Both the position numbers and the translations under genes were made by a program. This document shows positions 32,176 through 42,127 of a stretch of DNA of 64,000 nt, one piece after another. Origin of the DNA: an uncultured Phycisphaerales bacterium (GTDB lineage Bacteria > Planctomycetota > Phycisphaerae > Tepidisphaerales > Tepidisphaeraceae); the NCBI GenBank assembly GCA_963758525.1, contig CAVWVQ010000003.1:4977156-5041155 (forward strand), in the 5' to 3' direction. Each line of letters opens with the position of its first letter. Position 1 is the stretch's first letter. The notes under the pieces were generated by a model. The model was not told where the DNA came from, made no database searches, and saw only the letters and a list, made by a program, of their open reading frames with translations.

Positions 32176-32937
32176 ATGAAGACCAATTTTGCACCGGGAT
32201 TGAGAACCGTTGTTCTGGCGGCGTCGTCCATGCTGGCGGCATCCGCGGGATGCTCCAGCAACTGCGGCACCAATGAGAAGCCCGTCGCCGCTGCGGCGGC
32301 CGCGGTTTCAATTCCCGAAACGCCCCGCGGAACCGCGGCGCAGTCGAAGTCGGTGGTCAGCACCAGCGCGCGCGATCTGGCGGATTCGCAGCCGGACAGC
32401 GTAGTGGCGGGTAAGGGCGGAACACGCGACCTGGATCTTGGGGGCGGCGGGGGAGGCGGCGGTAACCAGAGCGGGCAGTTGAGCTACCAGGCGCTGGGTG
32501 AGGCGCTGCACCAACTGGGTGTGGCGGCGGAAGACAAGCAAACCTTCTATAGCGTCAAGGTCAAAGCCACCACGCCGGACAACATCACGTGGTCATACCC
32601 CGTCACCGTCTCGCTGTCGCGAGACTCGTCGATCGTCTGGGTTTCGTGCAATCTGGTTCAAGTCGGGGCGAACGGAACTCCCGCTCCGCAGACACTCATC
32701 AGCCTGCTTGCCGCCAACTTCCAGATGGGAACCACGTTTTTTTCCGTCGATACTCAACCGATGCTGATGCTGCAGCACCCCTTTGAAAATGCCGGCATCA
32801 CGCCAGAGGTGTTGGGCGCGCATCTGAAGCTGTTCTTCACCAATCTCAAGGCCAGCGAGCCAGTCTATAAGACGCTGACCGGAACCGCCGGCGAGGGCGG
32901 CGGCGGTGGTGGTGGCGGTGGAAACCCGTTCCAATAA
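32176..32937 (+). CDS. Lipoprotein with CesT/YbjN-like domain, copy 2
   Basis: Lipobox SAG|C, low-complexity linker, then LSYQALGEAL..LG...YPVTVSLSRD...LISLLAAN...NAGITPEVL. Clearly paralogous to the upstream gene. Ends GGGGNPFQ. Confidence 0.8.
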   Translation: MKTNFAPGLRTVVLAASSMLAASAGCSSNCGTNEKPVAAAAAAVSIPETPRGTAAQSKSVVSTSARDLADSQPDSVVAGKGGTRDLDLGGGGGGGGNQSGQLSYQALGEALHQLGVAAEDKQTFYSVKVKATTPDNITWSYPVTVSLSRDSSIVWVSCNLVQVGANGTPAPQTLISLLAANFQMGTTFFSVDTQPMLMLQHPFENAGITPEVLGAHLKLFFTNLKASEPVYKTLTGTAGEGGGGGGGGGNPFQ

Positions 32938-33005
32938 ACTGACAGACGATTGTGTTAGTGTTCCTGGGGCAGGAACTCTGACGTTCAAAAAGAGAGAGGA
33001 CTTCT

Positions 33006-35477
33006 ATGCGTCACCTTTCCCCAGGTGTGTGTCTGCGCATTGCTATCATCGGCCTGGCGTCACTTGGCGCCTGCATCGCGGGCTGCGCTGGTCACAACAG
33101 CGCGGACGACGCGATTCTGTCCGAATCGCCCGGCAGGGATATCGTGGCGCCCGAGCCCAGCCGCGGGCTTGAACCGCCCGCGAAGCTCGCCCCCGCGCTG
33201 CAGCGATTGTCGTCGGCTTCTGAAGCCTCGCGTGACCTGGCGCCCGCGGATGGCGGATCGGGAAGTCTTCCCCCGGTCAACGAGGTCGGCTATCCCGTTG
33301 CCGGCACGAAAGACGTTTTTGATGTCGCGATTCACGTCAAGTCGGACGTCGATGTGAAGGCAGTCGCGGCCGCCGGTGCGGATATCCAGGTGCGCCTCGG
33401 CAATATTTTGTACGCCACGGTTCATGCGCGCGATCTGTCGCAGGTGGCGGCGGTCGATGGGGTGGAGCGTATCGCGCCGATGCCGGGCAGCACGATCCCC
33501 AGGCCGCCGGCAACTCCCGTTCAGACGGCGCCGCGCGGCGAAGGGACGCGAGGCCTGGAGCCTGGCACCGGCGAAGCGGCGCAGTTCGATCATCACGGAC
33601 TGACCGGGAAGGGGACCATTGTCGGAATCATCGATACGGGAATCGACTGGCATCACCCGGACTTTATGAGTCCAGACGGAACCACGTCGCGCATTCTTTA
33701 TTTGTGGGACGTTTCCGACAATTCGTGGGAGGAATCGAACCATACCGTTGGCTCTGAACCGCCCATGAGCGCAAATGGCAAGCCGCTGGGAACTCTGTAT
33801 ACGAATGATCAGATTAACGCAGCCCTGAAGGGGCAAATGAAGATCGCCAGGACCGACCATGTGGGCCACGGCACCGCGTGCGCGAGCACCGCCGCTGGAA
33901 ACGATCTTGGGGTCGCGCCCGAAGCGGATCTGGTGATTGTGAACAGCTATCGCGACGATCCCGATCACCCGTTCAATGACGGGTTTCATGGGGTTCAGGG
34001 CGCTTGGTGGATCTCGCAGGTTGCCGCGCAGCGGCATGAGCCGTGCGTCATCAGTCTCAGTTACGGCGGTCATATGGGTCCGCACGACGGCACGGGTGAG
34101 CAGGAAGCCGGGTTCAACGGGGTGGTCAAGGGTGGCGATGCGCCGGGCGTGGTGATTTGCGCGTCAGCCGGGAACGAAGGGGAGGCGATCATGCACGCGC
34201 ACGGCCGCTTCGGCCCGCGCCGTCCGACGGAACTCAGGGGCGGGATCGGCACGATCACTCAATTATTCATCCAGCAGGAGACTCCCCTGGAGGCAGTGTT
34301 CGATTCGCAGGATGACTGGATGCTGCGGATCGTCGGATTGGACAAATTTCTCGTTGGCTCCGACGGAAAACCGGCCCGCGTGGACTTCGCCAAGGCCCAG
34401 GGAAATGACAAGGACGATCTCGATCTGCACATCATCGGCTCGGATAACGTGACAGAAGCCGATGGGCAGAAAATCACCTCGCTGAGGAAAGACAAGAATA
34501 TCCAGGCCAGCACGCTGCCGGGCGGGAGCGATGTTCTTCTCATTGACCTGCCTCCGGGCTCTTACCTGGTGGTGGCGGCCGGCGCGTCTGAAAAGGTGAC
34601 TCACGGAGTCTACGACTTCTACGTGCCGGACAATTCCAGCGGAACCTTTGGCACCGGCGGGGATCACAAAATGGTGATCGGAAACCCCGGAGACGCCGAC
34701 AGCATCATTACTGTCGGCTCGTATGATTTCCGCAACCAGTGGGACAACGCCAGCGGCGCGATGACCCGTTCCGATCAGGTGGACCTGGGAAATATTTCGC
34801 CCTACTCGAGCCCCGGCTTTCGGCGCGACGGGGCGGTGAAGCCTGACATCGCCAGTCCCGGGCAATACACGATTTCCGCGATGGCCGATGGATCATTAAT
34901 GTCGAAGGACGGGGCGGCGTTCGTGACCAAAGACGGGAAGCACCTTGCATGGGCCGGTACCAGCGCGTCGTGTCCTTACACCGCCGGCGTCATCGCGCTG
35001 ATGCTGGAGAAAAATCCGCAGCTCACTGCCAATCAGGTGAAGCAGATCCTTCATGACACAGCGGACCATGACTTCGCGGTGACCGGCGCGGTTCCCAACC
35101 CCGAGTGGGGCTACGGAAAGTTGAATCCCGAGAAAGCGCTGGAGAAGGTGACGGCGGGCGCGGCTGCGCCTCCTGTCGCGCCGCCATCTCCGGTTAATCC
35201 GTCGCCGACGCCGCTTCTCAAATCGCCGTTCGCCGGCACATTCAAGGGAGAGGGTCTCACGTTGGTGTTGACGCCTACAGCCGACAAAACCTTCGGCGGA
35301 ACATTGCTCAAGGGGGACACCACCTTCCCCCTTGACGCGCGGCTGGTCGCGTCGCTGCTAGAGGGAACCGTGCACGGCCAGGCGGGCGACTTCACGTTCA
35401 CCGCCACTTTGGATGGCGATAAACTGATGCTGAACGCCAATGGGAAGGTCTTTGAGCTGACGCGGCAGGCGCCGTAA
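33006..35477 (+). CDS. Lipoprotein subtilisin-like serine protease (S8) with an internal insertion domain and a C-terminal beta-rich domain
   Basis: Lipobox IAG|C. Catalytic motifs IIDTGID, GHGTACAS, SAGNEG (oxyanion Asn) and GTSASCP, plus KPDIASPG and WGYGKLN. Pro-rich linker before the C-terminal domain. Confidence 0.93.
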   Translation: MRHLSPGVCLRIAIIGLASLGACIAGCAGHNSADDAILSESPGRDIVAPEPSRGLEPPAKLAPALQRLSSASEASRDLAPADGGSGSLPPVNEVGYPVAGTKDVFDVAIHVKSDVDVKAVAAAGADIQVRLGNILYATVHARDLSQVAAVDGVERIAPMPGSTIPRPPATPVQTAPRGEGTRGLEPGTGEAAQFDHHGLTGKGTIVGIIDTGIDWHHPDFMSPDGTTSRILYLWDVSDNSWEESNHTVGSEPPMSANGKPLGTLYTNDQINAALKGQMKIARTDHVGHGTACASTAAGNDLGVAPEADLVIVNSYRDDPDHPFNDGFHGVQGAWWISQVAAQRHEPCVISLSYGGHMGPHDGTGEQEAGFNGVVKGGDAPGVVICASAGNEGEAIMHAHGRFGPRRPTELRGGIGTITQLFIQQETPLEAVFDSQDDWMLRIVGLDKFLVGSDGKPARVDFAKAQGNDKDDLDLHIIGSDNVTEADGQKITSLRKDKNIQASTLPGGSDVLLIDLPPGSYLVVAAGASEKVTHGVYDFYVPDNSSGTFGTGGDHKMVIGNPGDADSIITVGSYDFRNQWDNASGAMTRSDQVDLGNISPYSSPGFRRDGAVKPDIASPGQYTISAMADGSLMSKDGAAFVTKDGKHLAWAGTSASCPYTAGVIALMLEKNPQLTANQVKQILHDTADHDFAVTGAVPNPEWGYGKLNPEKALEKVTAGAAAPPVAPPSPVNPSPTPLLKSPFAGTFKGEGLTLVLTPTADKTFGGTLLKGDTTFPLDARLVASLLEGTVHGQAGDFTFTATLDGDKLMLNANGKVFELTRQAP

Positions 35478-35507
35478 TCGGTGCGCAGCCGTACTGATGA
35501 GGTTGCG

Positions 35508-37667
35508 ATGACACAACGAACACGAATTTGGCACCCACGGTTGATTCCCGCCACCAGCTGCGTTGGGTCGGTTGTCATATTTCTCCTGGCTTCCTCTGCG
35601 ATGCTTCGAGCGGATGACTCGCCCGCCGGAACGCGCATTGATTTCCCCACGAGCGACTCGCTTCCCTGGGATAAATTCGGAGTCTTCATCGGCATCGACA
35701 GCTATTCAAAGCTGCCGCCGGAGAATCAGCTTCACGGTTGCGTGGCGGATGCCAACGGCATGAAGGAAGCGTTCGTCCGTCTTGGCGTGCTTCGATACGC
35801 AATGATCACCAATGGAGAGGCAAGCCGTCAGGGGATCGGGCGGGTGCTGAGCGAACTGGTCGATCAGGTGAAGGCGGCCACGACCAGGACAAAGGAGCCG
35901 ATCACGGTCGTGATCACCTATGCCGGGCACGGATGCCGCCTCAAGCGGCTGGCGACGGAGGAGGAACCGAACAGTCTTGATTCCTCGTGGGTGGCGGCGG
36001 ACAGCGACTTTGCCGGAACCCACGACGTTCGCGGATATGAGCTTCAGGAAATCCACACCCAGCTGGCCAAACTCGGGGCGCAGGTGCTGATCATCTCCGA
36101 CTCGTGTCACTCCGGCAGCAGCTATCGCGGCACCGACGAGCTGAGGCAACGGACGTTGCCCATGGCGTCGCGCGGCGGCTTCGCATCCCGCCTCGGTCCG
36201 CAGGAAAACCTTTTTCCGCAGTTCGTCATCGATACAGCGGCAGCGGGAGCAAAGGCATCGGGGAGCTCCGGCGGCCCGCTGCCTGGATTTGTCTTTTACT
36301 CGGCCTGCGGCGACCAGCAGTGCGCCTATGAGACCGAGGATGATCACGGCCGATCGTGCGGAAGACTGTCGATGGTGATGCGCGTTCTGCTGGCGAACAT
36401 GGGCGATCAGACGACTTACCAGGAATTGGCCGCAAAGATTGCGGCGGAGTTCGCGGCGCGCTGGCCGGGCGACGTGAAGCAATCCCCCGAGTTTCATAGC
36501 GCCTACGGCAAAGCCGATGAGCGTTTTTTCCGCGGCGGATTTCCGCCGCCCCACGCCAGCATCGTTCCAAAGAGCATGCACGACGGAATGGTCAAGCTGA
36601 CGATGGGCAATGTTCTTGGAGTTGCCGAGGGATCTCGCTTCACGTTCTATAAGGACCTGGACGATCTGGCCCTGCACAAGAATCCGATCGCGACCGGCGA
36701 GGCGACGGCGGTCGATCCTGTTACATGCGATGTGCAACTCGAGAACGGCGCGAGCGTGCCGGTCAGCGCCTGCGCTGCGATGACGACTGTGACGATCGCG
36801 GACTTTGTGGTTGCAACCGAAGGAGACGTGCCGGAATTTATCCTGGCGAAGCTTCGTGAGCTGGATCATAACCATCAGATCGTGTTGACCGGGCAGCTCG
36901 CGAAATGTTCGGCCGTGCTTCGCTACGACGCAACAAGCAAAACGATCAACCTCTATTCTCCGACGGCATTGCCCCCCTTGAACCAATCGGCGTCGGACGT
37001 TCCCACGTTGCGTCCGCCGATTCCATGCCGCGGCCCCGACGACGCCGAGTTGGTTGCGTCCAACTTGCTGTACGCGGCAAGGATTCAGCGGATGATGACG
37101 CTGGACCACCAGGACGACGACTTACTGAAAGCCGAGATCGCCACTTCCAGCGGAGCCGTCAGAAGCGAGAATGGCGTGCGCCGGCTCAGGGAAAACCAGC
37201 GATTTGCCATTCGTCTGACGAACAAGTCGGAAGACACCAGGCTCTATGTGACGCTGTTGACGCTGGATCGAACCGGCAATCTGCAGATCCTTTATCCGCC
37301 GCCGGGCGCTGACGCAAGGCCGATCGAGCCCGGCAAGACACGGGATGTGACGTTCAATGCAACGATCGACGATCCCTCGAAGCTGAAGCCCGGCGACGCT
37401 GAAATATCGGTGCTCAAGGTGCTCGCAACAGATCAGCCGATGGATCTTTCCGCGCTGGCCGTCCCTCCGCAGACCGGCGCGGGAAACGTCGCCGGCACGC
37501 GCGGCGTCGGCGGGACGGACAATGCGGTCTTCGATCTCATGCGCGATGTCCTGCACGGCGGTGAACTGGCGAGCCAGGTTTCCAGAGGAGTTCCCCGAGC
37601 CGTCATTTCCCAGCAGTGGGCCACGGATAATCTGATTTTCGGGGTGGATCAGGCTGAATCGAAATAA
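35508..37667 (+). CDS. Exported caspase-family (C14, meta/orthocaspase-like) protease with a C-terminal DUF4384-like domain
   Basis: GAGG RBS before ATG 35508. Signal-like VVIFLLASSAMLRA|DD. Motifs IGIDSY...LHGCVADA, catalytic YAGHG and DSCHSG, p10-like SACGDQQCAYE and QSPEF. C-terminal FAIRLTN...LYVTLLTLDRTGNLQILYP. Confidence 0.9.
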   Translation: MTQRTRIWHPRLIPATSCVGSVVIFLLASSAMLRADDSPAGTRIDFPTSDSLPWDKFGVFIGIDSYSKLPPENQLHGCVADANGMKEAFVRLGVLRYAMITNGEASRQGIGRVLSELVDQVKAATTRTKEPITVVITYAGHGCRLKRLATEEEPNSLDSSWVAADSDFAGTHDVRGYELQEIHTQLAKLGAQVLIISDSCHSGSSYRGTDELRQRTLPMASRGGFASRLGPQENLFPQFVIDTAAAGAKASGSSGGPLPGFVFYSACGDQQCAYETEDDHGRSCGRLSMVMRVLLANMGDQTTYQELAAKIAAEFAARWPGDVKQSPEFHSAYGKADERFFRGGFPPPHASIVPKSMHDGMVKLTMGNVLGVAEGSRFTFYKDLDDLALHKNPIATGEATAVDPVTCDVQLENGASVPVSACAAMTTVTIADFVVATEGDVPEFILAKLRELDHNHQIVLTGQLAKCSAVLRYDATSKTINLYSPTALPPLNQSASDVPTLRPPIPCRGPDDAELVASNLLYAARIQRMMTLDHQDDDLLKAEIATSSGAVRSENGVRRLRENQRFAIRLTNKSEDTRLYVTLLTLDRTGNLQILYPPPGADARPIEPGKTRDVTFNATIDDPSKLKPGDAEISVLKVLATDQPMDLSALAVPPQTGAGNVAGTRGVGGTDNAVFDLMRDVLHGGELASQVSRGVPRAVISQQWATDNLIFGVDQAESK

Positions 37668-37730
37668 GGTGCGGGAGACGGTGCGCTCGCGGCTCAGTGC
37701 GGCGTTGCGCGAATCTAATCCGTTTTTATT

Positions 37731-37772
37731 ACCCCTCTCCCGGAATACCGACGGAATACCGGGAGAGGGGGT
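37731..37772. repeat. REP-like palindromic element, intergenic copy
   Basis: Arms CCCCTCTCCCGG and CCGGGAGAGGGG, with CGGAATACCG duplicated in the centre. Related to the element at 61706-61747. Confidence 0.75.
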
Positions 37773-37925
37773 ACGTCGCTCCTTGTTCTACGATTGCCTC
37801 GCAGCGGGGGCCTCGTCACCTTGGACTGTTATCGGCATTGATCTGCGCGAATGTCTTGAGCCGTCTCACCTTTACCGATAAAGAGATTCAGGGGAACGAT
37901 CAGTCGAGCGTCTTTTACTTCGCCC

Positions 37926-39032
37926 ATGAGCACGCACCGCGCGAACGCACACCGACTGCCCGGGCTCGACGGGCTGCGGGCTGTCTCCATCGCGCTGGTT
38001 ATCGGCTACCACCTGGAGATGGCGGGCTCGCTGCCTCGCTGGGCCAATCCGTTTTTTCACAGCGGCTCGTTCGGCGTCGAGATCTTCTTCACCATCAGCG
38101 GCCTGCTGATTACCTGGCTCCTGCTCCGGGAAGAAGCGGCGCATGGAGCGATCTCCCTCCGCCAGTTCTACGCGCAGCGCGCGGTGCGAATTCTGCCGCC
38201 TGCAATGGGGTATCTCCTTGTCATTCTCGTTGTGTCCGTTCTGCATGGGACGATGCTCTGGAAGCCCTGGATTAGCGCCGCGCTGTTCTACCGCAATTTC
38301 CATATGACCGACGCCGTGAGCGCGGGGGCGGTCGATACCTCTCATTACTGGAGCTTGTCGACTGAGGAACAGTTTTATTTGATCTGGCCCTTGCTGTTCA
38401 TTTTGCTCCGGCCGCGGCTGCGTGTTCCATTTCTTCTCGCGCTGCTGGTTGCCGCGCCAATCTGGCGGCACGTGAACACCCACATGGCGCATGGCGGCAC
38501 GATCGATATCTTCCGGATCGATCTTCATTGCGATGGGATTTTGATGGGCTGCCTGGTTGCGTGCGCGATGGAGGATCCGCGCTATCGCGGGCTGCTGGCG
38601 CATCCGCTGTTTCGCAGCGATCTGACCGCACTGATTTGTGTGATCATCGTCGCCGCGACTTTTACGGAGAAGGCGCTGAGGCTTCCGGGCCAGGTGATCT
38701 ACCCGTCGATTCGCGCGGTCTGCGTGGCGCTGTTCGTCTATCGCATGATCCGGCGCAGTGCGCAAACGCCTTCCGCTTTGGATTGGCTGCTGAATCTGAA
38801 TGTGATGGTGATCGTCGGGCAGTTGTCGTACAGCCTGTATCTGTGGCAGCAGCCGTTCTGCATGCCCAATGGCGCTCTGAGAACCAGTTCGCAAGTGCTC
38901 AATGTGTTGGCTGCGTGCGCTTGTGCCGCCGCGAGCTTTTTGCTGATCGAGCGTCCCGCGCAACTGCTTCGGCGCAAGCTCGGGTCGAGGACCGCTGCGG
39001 TTACGCCGGCGCTTGCGCAAGCACCGGCGTAA
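37926..39032 (+). CDS. Membrane O-acyltransferase (acyltransferase 3 / OafA-like)
   Basis: LPGLDGLRAVSI, GVEIFFTISGLLIT, HYWSLSTEEQFYLIWP and GQLSYSLYLWQ motifs; multiple hydrophobic segments. Confidence 0.93.
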   Translation: MSTHRANAHRLPGLDGLRAVSIALVIGYHLEMAGSLPRWANPFFHSGSFGVEIFFTISGLLITWLLLREEAAHGAISLRQFYAQRAVRILPPAMGYLLVILVVSVLHGTMLWKPWISAALFYRNFHMTDAVSAGAVDTSHYWSLSTEEQFYLIWPLLFILLRPRLRVPFLLALLVAAPIWRHVNTHMAHGGTIDIFRIDLHCDGILMGCLVACAMEDPRYRGLLAHPLFRSDLTALICVIIVAATFTEKALRLPGQVIYPSIRAVCVALFVYRMIRRSAQTPSALDWLLNLNVMVIVGQLSYSLYLWQQPFCMPNGALRTSSQVLNVLAACACAAASFLLIERPAQLLRRKLGSRTAAVTPALAQAPA

Positions 39033-39233
39033 CCGCGGCGGTTCACAACGCCGGCGGACTGACGCGTGGGGTCGCCAAGTTTGCCTGGGTTGATCGCGAC
39101 AACTACAGTTCCGCCCGCTTGACGTGAATTCAGCGGGTGCTGCGAGCACTTCAGAACTCACCTTTTTAGTCTATTCGGGCGCATTTTGCCTGAGACGGAG
39201 CAAAACGCGGGGTTAGGCGAAGATTCAGACTGC

Positions 39234-39250
39234 CTTCACGATTTCTTAAC
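39234..39250 (+). promoter_or_regulatory. OmpR/PhoB-type 11-bp-period direct repeat upstream of porin 1
   Basis: CTTCAC-N5-CTTAAC in an AT-rich intergenic region about 65 bp before the ATG. Confidence 0.35.
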
Positions 39251-39315
39251 AATAACAACCAGAATTCCCCACTTTAGCGGAATGTACATATCGTTTTACA
39301 GGAAAGGAGCGATAC

Positions 39316-40775
39316 ATGTTCTTCCCCCAACGCCGACTGAGGTCGGCGATTCTCGCCGGGACGATGAGTTCCGTTCTCGGCATGAGCGCAGCGGTGAGTT
39401 CCGCGGCAGACTCGGCGGCGCAGGAGATGCAGGCGCAACTCAAAGCCCTGCAGGCCAAAGTCGATCAGATGCAGGCAAAACAGGACGCATTGGACAAGGC
39501 CAATGCCCAGTCCACCGCCAATCGCGTGCATGACGACGCGGTCAAGCACGACAGCCAGATGCTCGACATCGGCGGGGTGACGGCCGGATACGCCGACAAG
39601 CGTTTCTTCATCGGAAGCGATGACGGCAACTTCGTGCTCAAGCCATGGATTCACATCCAGGCTCGTTACAGCCTCAACTACCGTGAAGATGAGAAGCACA
39701 ATCACACGGATTCAGACACCGAAGACGGGTTCGAATTGCGTCGCGCCCGCCTTGGGTTCGACGGCAATCTCTTCGGAAAAGATTTCACCTACTTCATCAA
39801 TTGGGCGAGCAACCGCGAAAATAGCACGCTCACCGTCAAGAACACCGCGGGCGCGACCGTCGGCACGACAACCGGGCCGACCGGCGGCCTGCCCGTGCTC
39901 GAAGAAGCGTGGATGAAATATCACTTTCACGACTCGCCGTACTACGTGAAAGTCGGACAGATGCACGATCCGCTGGATCACGAAAACATCGTCGGCTCCA
40001 AGTATCGCGCCCCGAAGCATCGCTGCAGGGCGACATCTTCGGAAACACCGATACCTTCACGCAGGCATTAACCTTCATTTACGACGACAAGGGTCCGATC
40101 CGCTTTGAAGGCGGCATCACTGACGGTATCCGAGCCGCCAACACCAACTTCCAGGATTATCCCAATAACGGCATCGCCTATGACGGCGGACTTGCCGCTC
40201 GCGTCGAATACAAGGTGATGGGCAACTGGAAAGACTACGACCAGCTCACTTCCTACGGCGACAAGAAAGATCTGCTGGTCCTGGGTTCGGGGATCGATTA
40301 CTCCTACTCCGGCAGCCGCTACCAACTGTCACACACGCTGGACGCCCAGTATGCGAGCCCCAGCGGTTGGTTCGCGTATGCCTGCTACTTCGGACGCTAC
40401 ACTGATAATCAGCAGGGAATTCCCAATACCAGCGGCGTGTCTGCGTCGTTTGGCGGTTCGCCTGGAGATCTCGGGCAGGACACCTACGAGCCCTCCATCC
40501 TCCTCCAGGTCGCATACCTGATCGATCAGAAGTTTGAGCCGTTCGCCCGCTTCGAATACCTGCACCTTGCAGGAACGCCCAAAGGGAGTCAGAACAACGT
40601 CACCGATATCTCGGTGGGTTTCAACTACTATTTTTACGGGCATAACCTCAAGTTCACCGGTCTGCTGACCTACCTGCCCAGCGGCATTCCGATCAACGAT
40701 GACGGATCGGATATTCTCATCAGCAACGATAAGGGAGAGTTCATCGCGATCTCGCAACTGCAATTGCTGCTGTAG
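39316..40775 (+). CDS. Outer-membrane porin (OprO/OprP-like), paralogue 1; one frameshift
   Basis: Signal peptide, N-terminal coiled coil, DGFELRRARLGFDGN and KVGQ..DP, then VGFNYYFYGHNLKFT and terminal QLQLLL. Frameshift near 40010. Confidence 0.82.
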
Positions 40776-40803
40776 GAACATCGTCGCATATTTCCGCAAC
40801 TCG

Positions 40804-40831
40804 AACGGGGCTGGCAGTCGCCAGCCCCGTT
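40804..40831 (+). terminator. Hairpin after porin 1 (probable terminator or mRNA-stabilising stem)
   Basis: Perfect 12-bp stem AACGGGGCTGGC / GCCAGCCCCGTT with a 4-nt loop. The U-tract is weak. Confidence 0.6.
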
Positions 40832-40966
40832 TGTCGTTCGGCTGCCGCCAGGAATCTCGGATACCGCTTTGCCCGCTCTCCGGAATTGTTCATATGGGCA
40901 GGGGCACCCCATGGAGTAAAATCCGATGCGGTGCTGCTCCGGTCGTCCTTTCTGGATAAGCTGCCA

Positions 40967-42121
40967 ATGCGTCGCAGGCTTGGAAATGTTTTATGTCGTT
41001 ACACCCTTGCCGTTTTGACGGTGGGCGCAGCGGCGCTGATCACTCAATCTCTGGCAGGCATCGGCGATGCGGGATTAACGCCTCTCTTTTTCGCCGCCGT
41101 CCTGCTCAGCGCATGGTACGGCGGCCTGGGCCCTGGGCTGCTCTGCACGCTCCTTTCCGGCGTCGCAACGGCCATTCTCCTGATTCAGCCTCATGCGATT
41201 ACCAGGCAGGGGGTTGAGGATCACGTGCTGCGGCTAATTGTATTCACGACCGTCGCACTGCTTACGAGTTCGCTTCACGGAGCGATGAGGCGGGCGGCGG
41301 AAGAGTCGCGCCGAGGCAGGGAAGCTGCCGAGAGTGCGAACGCCGCCAAGAGTCGTTTCCTGGCCATGGTCAGTCACGAACTGCGAACGCCATTAAGTCC
41401 CGTGTTGATGGTGGCGGAAATGCTGGAGCAGGATCCCACGTTGCCACCTGGCATTCGCAAGGATATTCAGACGATTCGGCGCAACGTTGACCTGGAAATC
41501 CGGCTGATCGAAGACTTGGTTGACCTGACGCGGATCAGCGTGGGAAAGCTGCACCTGCGACGCGAACTGCTTGATCCGCATGAAGCCCTGCGGGCGGCAA
41601 TTGAGGTTTGCCGCGCCGACCTGAGCGACAAGGCGCTCGACTTGACGACCGATTTTGCGAGCGGCGCCTGCCGTGCGGAGGGCGATCCGACCCGGCTGCA
41701 ACAGGTTTTCTGGAACTTGTTGCGCAACGCGATCAAGTTTACGCCCCCCGGCGGGCGAATCGAAATCACCAGCCGGGTCACGGCTGATGGGCAAGTTGCC
41801 GTCCGCGTCGCCGATACCGGGATCGGCATCGAAACGCCGCAACTCGTAAAGATTTTCGAGGCGTTTGAACAAGCCGATCCCGACATTCAAGTGCGGTTCG
41901 GCGGTCTCGGACTCGGCCTTGCAATTTGTGAAGGCATCGTGGAAGCGCATGGCGGTTGGATCACGGCCGCCAGTGCGGGACCGGGCAAGGGGGCGACGTT
42001 TACGGTGATGCTCCCGCTGGGACCGATGAGCAGATCAGGCGGAATCGCCGCGGCGGGGAGAAATTCAAACCCTCCCGCGACGCCAATGGTTTCATCTCTC
42101 GTTACTTCCGGCGATGATTAG
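40967..42121 (+). CDS. Sensor histidine kinase with a DUF4118 (KdpD-like) membrane domain
   Basis: FFAAVLLSAWYGGLGPGL, H-box SHELRTPL, N-box NLLRNAIKFT, DTGIG and GLGLGL. Confidence 0.93.
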   Translation: MRRRLGNVLCRYTLAVLTVGAAALITQSLAGIGDAGLTPLFFAAVLLSAWYGGLGPGLLCTLLSGVATAILLIQPHAITRQGVEDHVLRLIVFTTVALLTSSLHGAMRRAAEESRRGREAAESANAAKSRFLAMVSHELRTPLSPVLMVAEMLEQDPTLPPGIRKDIQTIRRNVDLEIRLIEDLVDLTRISVGKLHLRRELLDPHEALRAAIEVCRADLSDKALDLTTDFASGACRAEGDPTRLQQVFWNLLRNAIKFTPPGGRIEITSRVTADGQVAVRVADTGIGIETPQLVKIFEAFEQADPDIQVRFGGLGLGLAICEGIVEAHGGWITAASAGPGKGATFTVMLPLGPMSRSGGIAAAGRNSNPPATPMVSSLVTSGDD

Positions 42122-42127
42122 CGGCAG

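Noticed and set aside
31328..32937. Type III secretion system implied by CesT-like folds
   Set aside because: No T3SS apparatus genes are present, and these proteins are lipoproteins, unlike cytoplasmic T3SS chaperones.
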